Assembly (NCBI RefSeq): GCF_006345805.1 | Contig: NW_021828353.1 | Location: 1-8,699, forward strand | Direction of reading: 5' to 3' | From: Octopus sinensis | Taxonomy: Eukaryota | DNA: 8,699 bases | In this document: positions 1 through 7,777 of the stretch, in pieces | Layout of the letters: each line of letters opens with the position of its first letter | Numbering within the stretch: position 1 is the first letter of the stretch | Translations under genes and position numbers: made by a program | The notes under the pieces: model-generated | Databases searched by the model: none | Told to the model about the DNA's origin: nothing | What the model saw: the letters and a program-made list of their open reading frames with translations, nothing else

Positions 1-116
1 GTTTAAGCTTAGATAAAAATTCCATTATTATCATTTACAGGATTGTAAAACGGCGCCGTATAAAAAAAGCCATTCGCACCAAAAGATATATGTATATATA
101 CGCACATATATATAAT

Positions 117-498
117 GAAGCACTCCGTCGGTTACGACGACGAGGGTTCCGGTTGATCCGAATCAACGGAACAGCCTGACTCGTGAAATTAAACTGTAAG
201 TGGCTGAGCACTCCACAGACACGTGTACCCTTAACGTAGTTCTCGGGGATATTCAGCGTGACGCAGAGAGCGACAAGGCCGGCCCTTTGAAATACAGATA
301 CACAGAAACAGGAAGTAAGAGTGAGAGAAAGTGTGGGGAAAGAGTACAGAGGGATCACCACATCCCCTGCCGGAGCCTCGTGGAGCTTTAGGTGTTTTCG
401 CGCTCAATAAACACTCACAACGCCCGGTCAGGGAATCGAAACCGCGATCCTATGACCGCGAGTCCGCTGCCCTAACACTGGGCCATTGCGCCCTCCAC
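117..498 (-). mobile_element. tRNA-derived SINE, near full length (octopus OR1/OR2-like), copy 1
   Basis: Minus-strand head GTGGAGGGCGCAA-TGGCCCAGTGTTAGG (A box, 485-471) and GGTTTCGATTCC (B box, 443-432). Its tail (~165-295) aligns with copy 3 (3354-3485). It is flanked by TA repeats. The family name is from recall, not a search. Confidence 0.9.
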
Positions 499-509
499 TA
501 TATATATGT

Positions 510-686
510 AACTACACGTAGACTGTTGGCGATTTTTTTCCACCTTTTTCTTTGGGATTTTCTTATGTCTCTTGTTTCTGAAACAACTACTCTTTCCTTC
601 TCTGAGGATTTCATTAATACTTTGCGTGTACTACGTCCTGGCGTTGTTGTTTTCTTTCTTGTCTTTTTTCTCCGTTTTTAATTACT
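510..686 (+). mobile_element. Possible PLE terminal-repeat (pLTR)-type interspersed repeat fragment
   Basis: T-rich segment between SINE copy 1 and a (TG)n tract, resembling a recalled octopus repeat. It contains the hairpin TTGTTT-CTG-AAACAA (572-586). Unverified. Confidence 0.3.
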
Positions 687-687
687 C

Positions 688-700
688 TGTGTGTATGTGT

Positions 701-738
<38 letters not shown>

Positions 739-784
739 GTGTGTGTTTGTGTGTGTGTGTGTGTGTGTGTTTGTTTGTTTGTTT
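688..784. repeat. (TG)n microsatellite ending in (TTTG)n
   Basis: Direct inspection. Confidence 0.97.
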
Positions 785-836
785 ATTGTGTCTGGGTTCA
801 GTCGTTCTCTTTTAGTGCCGTATTATTTAACACACA

Positions 837-955
837 CACCGGTTTGATTTCCACTCATTTATTTTTTATGAAATTTTTATTGCGTCTTGCAACCTTCTAA
901 AGATCCAACGAAAATTTTATAAAAAATAAGTAAATGTGTTGAAATTAAACCGGTG
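837..955. repeat. Long imperfect inverted repeat (hairpin)
   Basis: 837-877 versus the reverse complement of 911-955 gives 37 matches, 4 mismatches and one 4-nt gap. Weaker pairing continues inward to a loop of about 11 nt. Confidence 0.92.
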
Positions 956-1030
956 TATGTATGTATGTATGTTTGTATGTATGTATGTATGTATGTATGT
1001 ATGTATGTATGTACGTATGTATGTATGTAT
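954..1030. repeat. (TATG)n tetranucleotide microsatellite
   Basis: Direct inspection. Confidence 0.97.
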
Positions 1031-1035
1031 ATAGT

Positions 1036-1252
1036 TATGTGTGTGTCTCTTTGTGTCTGTGCTTGTTCCCTCGCCATCACTTGACAACCGATGTCGATGC
1101 ATTTAAGTTCCCGTAACCTAGCGGCACGGCAAAAGAAACCGATAGAATAAGTACTAGGTTTACAAAGAATAAGTCCTGTGGTCGATTTCTTCGACTACAA
1201 CCTGGCAGTGCTCCAGTATGGCAGCAGTCATACTGTAAACGAATAAAAGAAT
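1036..1252 (+). mobile_element. 3' half of a common octopus SINE, truncated at its internal microsatellite
   Basis: Contains TTGACAACCGATG, GGCAAAAGAAACCGATAGAATAAGTACTAGG, GTCGATTTCTTCGACT, GCAGTGCTCCAGTATGGCAGCAGTC and an A-rich tail AATAAAAGAATA. This matches a recalled octopus SINE body. No tRNA head is present upstream. Confidence 0.75.
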
Positions 1253-1464
1253 ACACACAGACACATACTCATACATATAGGCATACGGTATATATACATA
1301 CACACATATACGCACACACATATAGACATAGAAATACATACATATGTACACATACCAATATATATAGGCACACACACACATACACACATATATAAACACA
1401 AATACATAAGCACACACCCATAATATAGACACACACACATACACATATATAAACACAAATACAT
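1253..1464. repeat. Compound (CA)/(TA) microsatellite with an internal ~35-bp duplication
   Basis: CACACACACATACACA(CA)TATATAAACACAAATACAT occurs at ~1371-1407 and ~1430-1464. Confidence 0.9.
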
Positions 1465-1466
1465 GG

Positions 1467-1629
1467 GACACGACTGGTTCTTTGAAATACAAGTACAACT
1501 CATTTTTGCCAGCAGAGTGGACTGGAGCGACTTGAGCCTAACTCAAGAACAAAATGTGTCGCCGGAATTCGAACTCCGAAAGAACGATCGTGAGCCGAAT
1601 ACCCTAACCACTAAGCCACGCACTTTCAC
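1467..1629 (-). mobile_element. tRNA-derived CORE-SINE, 3'-truncated, copy 2
   Basis: A box TGGCTTAGTGG and B box GAGTTCGAATTCC on the minus strand. The CORE-like block GCTCCAGTCCACTCTGCTGGCAAAAATGAGT is shared with copies 3 and 4. Confidence 0.88.
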
Positions 1630-1866
1630 ACTACTATTACAACTACTACAGTACAAAAACTACCACCGCCACAACCACTAGTACTATAAAATGATCACCA
1701 CCAGTACAACCACTAATGCCAGCACAACAACAAGAATTACCACAACACCATTCCTACTAATACCACCACCACAACTACTACTACTTCCACAACTACCTAC
1801 CCCACTACAATACCAACTACAACCATCCCAACAACCACTACCAACATAGCAGTTCTATCACCACCA
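1630..1866. repeat. Degenerate (ACT/ACC/ACA)n trinucleotide tract
   Basis: Direct inspection. Confidence 0.9.
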
Positions 1867-2162
1867 GTAAACTATCAAGTCATTCGTTTTTCGCACGAGA
1901 TTATTTGCTGCTCTGATACAACTGAAAAGTACCACCCGGTTTACCTACATCCTCGCCCACCCCTCCGTCCCACCCGTCAAGACACCCTTGCCGCACTCCA
2001 CTCGCTCCTGGCTTGTCACACGTTCCCTCAACCCAAACACCTTTACCCCCACCTCCTTTCACTTCACAAACTGCAAATATTTACATCTTCCCTATTTGAC
2101 GTAACCTTTCTAATAAACAGTTTTCGGCTTCTTGACTGTTTACTAAATGTATGTATGGAGTC

Positions 2163-2174
2163 TGTGTGTGTGTG

Positions 2175-2205
<31 letters not shown>

Positions 2206-2236
2206 TGTGTGTGGTGTGTGTATGTGTGTGTGTGTG
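2163..2236. repeat. (TG)n microsatellite
   Basis: Direct inspection. Confidence 0.95.
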
Positions 2237-2364
2237 AAGATCTGCAAGTGTATATACAATGGTGTATGCGTCTTTCCTAGTGTTTATCAATTCTAGCCAC
2301 AGCTAACCACATATATATTGTTCTTACTCTTACCCTCTCGCATTTTCTAAATATTACACAAGCA

Positions 2365-2475
2365 AACACACACACACACATAGATATATATATATTATGT
2401 GTGTGTGTGTGTGTAGATGTAGATAGATTGATAGATAGGATATAGATGGATATAAACATGCATGTGTGTGTGTAT
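2365..2475. repeat. Compound (CA)/(TA)/(TG)/(GATA) microsatellite
   Basis: Direct inspection. Confidence 0.9.
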
Positions 2476-2544
2476 GAAGTGAGGGTGGCAGAGAGAAGAG
2501 AGAATATAATGCATACCAGCAGTCACACTATTTATAGATACGAA

Positions 2545-2577
2545 TGTGTTATATTATATATGTATAGATATATATAA

Positions 2578-2617
<40 letters not shown>

Positions 2618-2627
2618 TATATGTATG

Positions 2628-2660
<33 letters not shown>

Positions 2661-2735
2661 ATATATAATATTATATATTATTATATATTATATAATATAT
2701 AAATATAAATATACAATTTATACCTATATACGTAA
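2545..2735. repeat. (TA)n and AT-only low-complexity tract
   Basis: Direct inspection. Confidence 0.95.
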
Positions 2736-3023
2736 GTAATTATGTTCACACATACACACCATACAAACACCACATGCATACATACATACCTGTCAACCAC
2801 GCCACTACATATATCTAATTTTCAGTACATACAGACATTTGGTCACCACTCTGGACCCTAAGCATATATATGTCAGATCTATCTATCCAGACCAGGCCTG
2901 CATTTTACCTTTTATGGGCATCGAACAGGACCCTCAGTTTTTGGGGACGTAGCAATCTAGTTTCCTTCAACAGCCCTACTAAACCAACTGAAAACATTTC
3001 AAGGATACAATAATGGTCTACAC

Positions 3024-3349
3024 CAGTGGTTCCCACACTCGTTGGCTTCAGGAACTTTTTGGCTCCAGGTTTTAGCGCCCGAACTTTTTTTGCGCAAGGT
3101 TTTGGCTCCCGAACTTTTTGGCTCCAGGTTCTGGTTCCCGAACTTTCTGGCTCCAGGTTTTGGTTCCCGAACTTTTTGGCCCTAGGTTCTGGCTCCCGAA
3201 CGTTTTGGCTCCCGAAATTTATGGCTCCAGGTTTTGGCTCCCGAACTTTTGGGCTCCAAGTTTCATACAAAACTATTTTTCCACGGACCGAGGAATCATG
3301 CGCTTAACAAAACATTATAAAGAGCATGATATGTAATTCATATGGGAAC
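3024..3349. mobile_element. Putative non-autonomous hAT (Charlie-like) element, right end damaged
   Basis: Begins CAGTGGTTCCCA (3024-3035), typical of hAT-Charlie TIRs, immediately after the 8-mer GTCTACAC (3016-3023), one mismatch from the NTCTAGAN target consensus. Only a 7-bp inverted match TGGGAAC (3343-3349) is found on the right, and there is no second TSD. Confidence 0.45.
3056..3264. repeat. 29-bp minisatellite, about 7 copies, consensus TTTTTGGCTCCAGGTTTTGGCTCCCGAAC
   Basis: Units start at 3056, 3085, 3115, 3144, 3173, 3202 (half unit), 3218 and 3247 (partial). Each unit is a 12+17 dimer around TTTTGGCTCC. Confidence 0.95.
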
Positions 3350-3353
3350 GGAA

Positions 3354-3597
3354 CAACGGAACAGCCTGCTCGTGAAATAATGTGCAAGTGGCTGAGTACT
3401 CCGCAAACACGTGTATTCTTAACGTAGTTCTCAGGGAGATTCAGCGTAACGCAGGCTGTGACACGACTGGCCCTTTGAATTATAAGTACTATTCATTTTT
3501 GCCAGCTGAGCGAACTGGAGCAATGTGAAGTAAAGTGCCTTGCTCAAGGACCTAGCGTGTCACTGGGAATTGAACTCACTAAGCCAATCGCCTTCAC
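3354..3597 (-). mobile_element. tRNA-derived CORE-SINE with an internally deleted head, copy 3
   Basis: Tail aligns with copy 1 and the CORE block aligns with copies 2 and 4. The head lacks about 33 nt between GAACTC and ACTAAGCCA relative to copy 2. Confidence 0.9.
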
Positions 3598-4385
3598 CAA
3601 TCCAATTATTACATATATAATACATATATATTACATATATAAGACGTATATAATGCAAAAACACCCTGCAGCTTATTTTAAAATTTGTTCATACTGTGCG
3701 GCCCTATAGTGAACATTCTAAGGCTTTGTACTGATCCGCGACCTAGAATACAGAACCAAAATATATATGTTCGCAAGAGCCCAAAACCTTTGTATATATA
3801 AAATGCGATTTCACATACCTGACATTGCCAAACCTCCGAAGCACATAAGTTTCATCCTCAGAATTAGTTTAATTCCTCCTTCCATCTGATCACTTACTAA
3901 CAATATACAGAATTCATTGAAAAGTTTATGTAAGCAATAACTTAAATATATTCGGTCCGAAGTTCTTACAGGTCCGTCAATCAACCAACCTATAATAATA
4001 TGGTTTCATATTATTGCCTAAATATCAAGGACAATGTCACTACTAAACAGACAAATATCTTTTCCATCTAAAAGAATACCTATCCTATTTATTGACAAGG
4101 ACTCACTCAACAACACACTACAAGCTCATCAACGAGTACAGGCGATTAGATATGACTTTAAATCAAAGACCGAATGTTTTACAGGTCAGATTTCTGAAAA
4201 TAAAAAAATATCCGTAAATTTTCTATAATTGTTCACAAGAAAATGGAGCAAGCAAACCGTTTTATTACATAAATTTACCGTTGTTTTATCGATATTCAAT
4301 TTCAAGAGTATTGCTATATCATTAAATAACATAAGCAACTATAGATTCTTGACGTCGACTCTTCAGAGTTATATATAAAATCCAT

Positions 4386-4397
4386 TTGTGTGTGTAC

Positions 4398-4430
<33 letters not shown>
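4386..4430. repeat. (TG)/(TA)n microsatellite
   Basis: Direct inspection. Confidence 0.95.
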
Positions 4431-4431
<1 letters not shown>

Positions 4432-4675
4432 CTTCTTATGGTATTAGCTGTTAACTTTTTCCTAGCTACAAACTCAGTAAATTTATGACATGATGTCAAT
4501 CAGGCCCCAGAGTCAAACGAATACGCCCACCCACGGTAGCAATTCAACGAGGCATTTAATATTTTGAAATGAAAGTTAATTACAGTGCGTATGTGACATA
4601 TAAATTGGTAAAGTTTATTTGCTGTAATAATAACGAAGGAAAAAAGCATTAGTAGGTGGTATACAAGGACGAGGG

Positions 4676-4750
4676 TATGTATGTTGATATGTGTGTGTGT
4701 GTGTGTGGTGTGTGTGTGTGTTTCCATGTGTGTGTGTGTCAGTGTGTATT
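4676..4750. repeat. (TG)n microsatellite
   Basis: Direct inspection. Confidence 0.93.
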
Positions 4751-4927
4751 GCAAAATTGTGTTTGCACATACCCACATACCCTCCCGCTTTGATTTCTCT
4801 TTCTCTACCGTAAACTCTTATTCTCTGCTCCCGACAAAACTTTCACGTACCATCATAACTTTATTCTGAATGATTTTTTTGATGTATTGTACCTGACTAT
4901 CTTCCTCTCTCTCCCCACAACAATGTT

Positions 4928-5173
4928 CCTTCTCGAGCCATGCCAGTCTCATAAGGGCCGGTTTCCCGGTTTCAGTGGCGTAGAAATTACCCACCTTGAC
5001 GGAACGCCGGTCCGTCACAGAATTACTCATTTTTGCCAGCTGAGTGGACTGGAGTAACGTGAAAAATGAAGTGTTTTGCTCAAGAACACAACGCATCGCC
5101 CTGTCCAGAAATCGAAACCACAACCATACGATCATGAATTCAACATCCTACCCACTAAGCCACGCGCCTCCAC
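4928..5173 (-). mobile_element. tRNA-derived CORE-SINE with an alternative tail, copy 4
   Basis: Head GTGGAGGCGCG-TGGCTTAGTGG with B box GGTTTCGATTTC and CORE block at ~5025-5090. The tail (4928-5020) is unrelated to copies 1 and 3. A probable diverged TSD CTCTCTCTCCCC(AC)AACAAT lies at 4905-4924 and 5183-5200. Confidence 0.88.
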
Positions 5174-5298
5174 AACAGTACTCTCTCTCTCCCCAACAAT
5201 ACCCAAATCTATCACCCTAAGTCTATCACTGTTCGTGACTGTATGCTTTGTCACCTCTCATACCTCTAAATGACAACCAAATCAAGGAGCAATAAAAT

Positions 5299-5338
5299 TT
5301 GGGCTAAAAATTCAATCTAGATTGAATTTTTAGCCCAA
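5299..5338. repeat. Perfect 40-bp palindrome with no spacer
   Basis: TTGGGCTAAAAATTCAATCT followed by AGATTGAATTTTTAGCCCAA; all 20 positions pair. Confidence 0.98.
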
Positions 5339-5599
5339 GGCGACGAAAAAATTTTCTACATTTCTCACGCCAAATAAACTTACTTCACCAATCTTTCAAA
5401 TCTTATATCGACTGTTTGTAAGGACACAGAGAACATTATCAGTTGCTTTGGTTGACGGATTTTACTTTAATTTAATATTGGATTGACGACAAATTGTTTT
5501 ACTGTCGGATTTGAAATAGAATCCTTAATACGGAAACTGTGGTTAATACTTGTATTGGTGAACTAACCCTTGTTGAAATTTAGGTTTGGTATTATGTAC

Positions 5600-5992
5600 T
5601 CGCGTGTGTATCCATATGTGTATGTATGAGTCTGTGTGCCTGTGTGCGTGATACAGTGGATGTGCGTGTGTATGTGTGTGTGTGTGCGACAGTGTGTGTG
5701 TAACATGTATATATATATAATATATATGTGCGTGTGTGTGTGTTTGTGTGTATAACATGTGTATACACACATACACTCACACATATATGTATACATATAT
5801 GTAATTATATATATATATAGTTGTATGCCTACATTTATATATTTATGTGTGTGTGTTTGTGCGTGCGTGTTTGTGTTTATTTGTATGTTTGTGTACGTGT
5901 ATATGTTTATCTATGTATATATGTATGTCATGTCAATACTAGCACGTTTAATTTCCTATATATAATATATATATCGTTTATGCAATTTAACA

Positions 5993-6025
<33 letters not shown>
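5600..6025. repeat. Compound (TG)/(TA)/(TATG) low-complexity tract ending in (CA)n at 5994-6025
   Basis: Direct inspection. Confidence 0.92.
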
Positions 6026-6027
<2 letters not shown>

Positions 6028-6145
6028 AATGCGGCAATTGTGTTTAAGTGATCATAAGCCAGTAAACACAACACGTCCCCATTGCGATCGTCTCCGCCCG
6101 TTTATATCAACACATGACCGCTGTGTTTATATTGTCAACGGCTCA

Positions 6146-6263
6146 CACCACAACTATCACCACCAACAACACCATCACCAACACCACCACCAACACCACC
6201 ACCAACACCACCACCAACACCACTACTACCACCACCATCACCACCATCACCACCAACAACAAC
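6146..6263. repeat. (CAC/CAA/CAT)n trinucleotide microsatellite
   Basis: Direct inspection; it explains the poly-His and poly-Thr ORFs. Confidence 0.95.
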
Positions 6264-6413
6264 ACTTACACTGTACGTTTATTTTACGGTCAACTTCTCT
6301 GGCTAATCTATGTGTGACAGTTATTTCAGGCACGATACTATATTATAAGAGAAAACACACCTAGTACTCAATATTTGCCGTTTTTGTTTTTCTTCGTCCT
6401 CTTGTTATCTCTT

Positions 6414-6480
6414 GTTCTCTCTCTCTCTCTTTCCCTCTCCTCTTTCTCTCCCTCTCTCTCTCTCTCTCTCTTTCTTTCTG
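6414..6480. repeat. (CT)n polypyrimidine microsatellite
   Basis: Direct inspection. Confidence 0.93.
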
Positions 6481-6660
6481 TCCATTCCTACATTACCCAC
6501 ACCCTCGCTCACCCCTTCGTTTCTTTCACTCACTATCACTGCCGTCGCTTCGCTTCGCTTCCTTCCTTTTTTCTTTTATTAGCGGTATCTTCTATTCCAT
6601 GGTTCAGTTCACATCTATGATTATTATGAAATATACGACACGAGCACGCTCTATTTATTT

Positions 6661-6780
6661 ACACACACACACAGCCACACACACGTACGCACGTACAGCC
6701 ATGCATACATTATACGCACATACACATTCGCATGCATACATACAACACTCTCACAAGCAAATGTGATTGTATATATAATA

Positions 6781-6828
<48 letters not shown>

Positions 6829-7025
6829 ATGTATGTAATATATGTGCTATTTTATGTTATATATGTATATATATATATTTAGTATGTATATATATGTATA
6901 TATATATATATATATACATATATATATACACAGACACACATATATATATATATACATATATATATATATTATAAATATACATATATATACGCAAATATAT
7001 GTGTATGAGTCTTTGTGTGTGTGTT
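6661..7025. repeat. Compound (CA)/(TA)n low-complexity tract
   Basis: Direct inspection. Confidence 0.93.
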
Positions 7026-7185
7026 TGTATATTTATCAAAAGTACAGTCTGAAAACAGAAATCAAAATATACACGATCGATATATCGATATGTATAAATG
7101 GACAAGAGCGCACAATATTAAAAACAGTGCTACAGCTAACGCTTAACATCCAACTACCATGCGATATAAATATATATTTATATGG

Positions 7186-7591
7186 GGAATTCTCTGTCGG
7201 TGATTTCGGGCAATTATAGTCCCTGCCAGTATATATGTATAAAATTGTGTTTTGATTACAGCATTAGGGTTTTTTAGCTCTTATTTCTAGCAGTGTAGGT
7301 GTTTCTAACACCCTAGTCATATTCAGTGACAATTATAGTTTTCCTTTTTGGTAAAACATTGCACACTGCTGTCTATATCAATTTTTTGTAGACACATTAG
7401 TGATTCGCCAAATCATCCACAGATTTTTATGGTGGAAACATTGTTACTGACAGAATTAATTTCGGAATCTACCGAAGTCGAGCCAATCCTTACAAATGAG
7501 GCAACGGAAATTGCCGAAAATGACTGACTGGTATAAGGAATTCTCGATCGGTGTTTTTGGGCAATTATAATCCTTGTCAGTATATATGTAT
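7186..7591. repeat. Pair of 55-bp direct repeats, 351 bp apart
   Basis: 7186-7240 versus 7537-7591 match at 48 of 55 positions without gaps. Confidence 0.92.
7245..7440 (-). pseudogene. Possible highly decayed PLE GIY-YIG endonuclease relic
   Basis: The minus-strand translation CLQK-(frameshift)-LI*TAVCNVLPKRKTIIVTEYD*GVRNTYTARNKS* loosely resembles the recalled PLE pattern CLxKxVIYKAxV...KTYIGxTE..FK.RY. The similarity is weak and the hallmark YIG is absent. Confidence 0.3.
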
Positions 7592-7599
7592 GCAATTTT

Positions 7600-7755
7600 C
7601 TATCTTCTCTCCCTGTTCATTACCGTGTTCCTTTCCGTCGAAGAGCGTAGGCTCAAAACATAAAAGATTTTCTCACTTCCTGAGCGTTAAACTAATATAT
7701 ATGTTTGTTGTTTACGCATCCGTCTTTGTCTTTTGATTTTTTTGTAAATTCTCCC
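7600..7755 (+). mobile_element. 156-bp insertion with an 11-bp TSD (solo pLTR or retrozyme-like unit)
   Basis: Exact TATGCAATTTT at 7589-7599 and 7756-7766. Removing the insert extends the alignment with the first direct-repeat copy (7241-7259). It contains a hammerhead-like motif. Confidence 0.78.
7631..7666 (+). ncRNA. Degenerate minimal type I hammerhead ribozyme (PLE-type), probably inactive
   Basis: CTTT | CCGTCGA (vs CUGANGA, 5/7) | A | GAGC-GTAG-GCTC (stem II) | AAAAC (vs GAAAC) | ATA (vs GTA) | AAAG (pairs with CTTT). Both G-to-A changes follow a C, consistent with CpG decay. Confidence 0.6.
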
Positions 7756-7777
7756 TATGCAATTTTGTACTTTGACT

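Noticed and set aside
420-498. tRNA genes at the four SINE heads
   Set aside because: They are degenerate, lack a complete acceptor stem, and run directly into SINE bodies.
2114-2142. 8-bp stem hairpin TAAACAGT/ACTGTTTA
   Set aside because: Too short to be significant alone; it may belong to a repeat fragment I cannot confirm.
3056-3264. CRISPR-like array
   Set aside because: The units are contiguous with no unique spacers, the context is eukaryotic, and there are no cas genes.
2905-3336. Repetitive ORFs on both strands (VREPKPGAKK, APGFGSRTF)
   Set aside because: The 29-bp unit is not a multiple of 3, so the motifs drift between frames; this is a minisatellite artefact.
3849-3861. Minus-strand CTGAGGATGAAAC as a hammerhead
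   Set aside because: Only one base lies between the two core halves, so there is no stem II, and no convincing stem I.
4034-4228. 64-aa non-repetitive ORF
   Set aside because: Short, with no recognisable motif or splice context. The 3650-4320 region may be decayed transposon sequence, but I cannot assign it.
4335-4372. Minus-strand CTGAAGAG-TCGACGTC as a hammerhead
   Set aside because: No GAAA or NUH in the right position.
6029-6364. Poly-His and poly-Thr ORFs
   Set aside because: Fully explained by the (CAC/CAA)n tract; the flanks show no protein similarity I recognise.
6480-6620. Possible promoter, 5' UTR or splice acceptor next to (CT)n
   Set aside because: Pyrimidine tracts give spurious acceptors, and no matching donor or coding frame was found.
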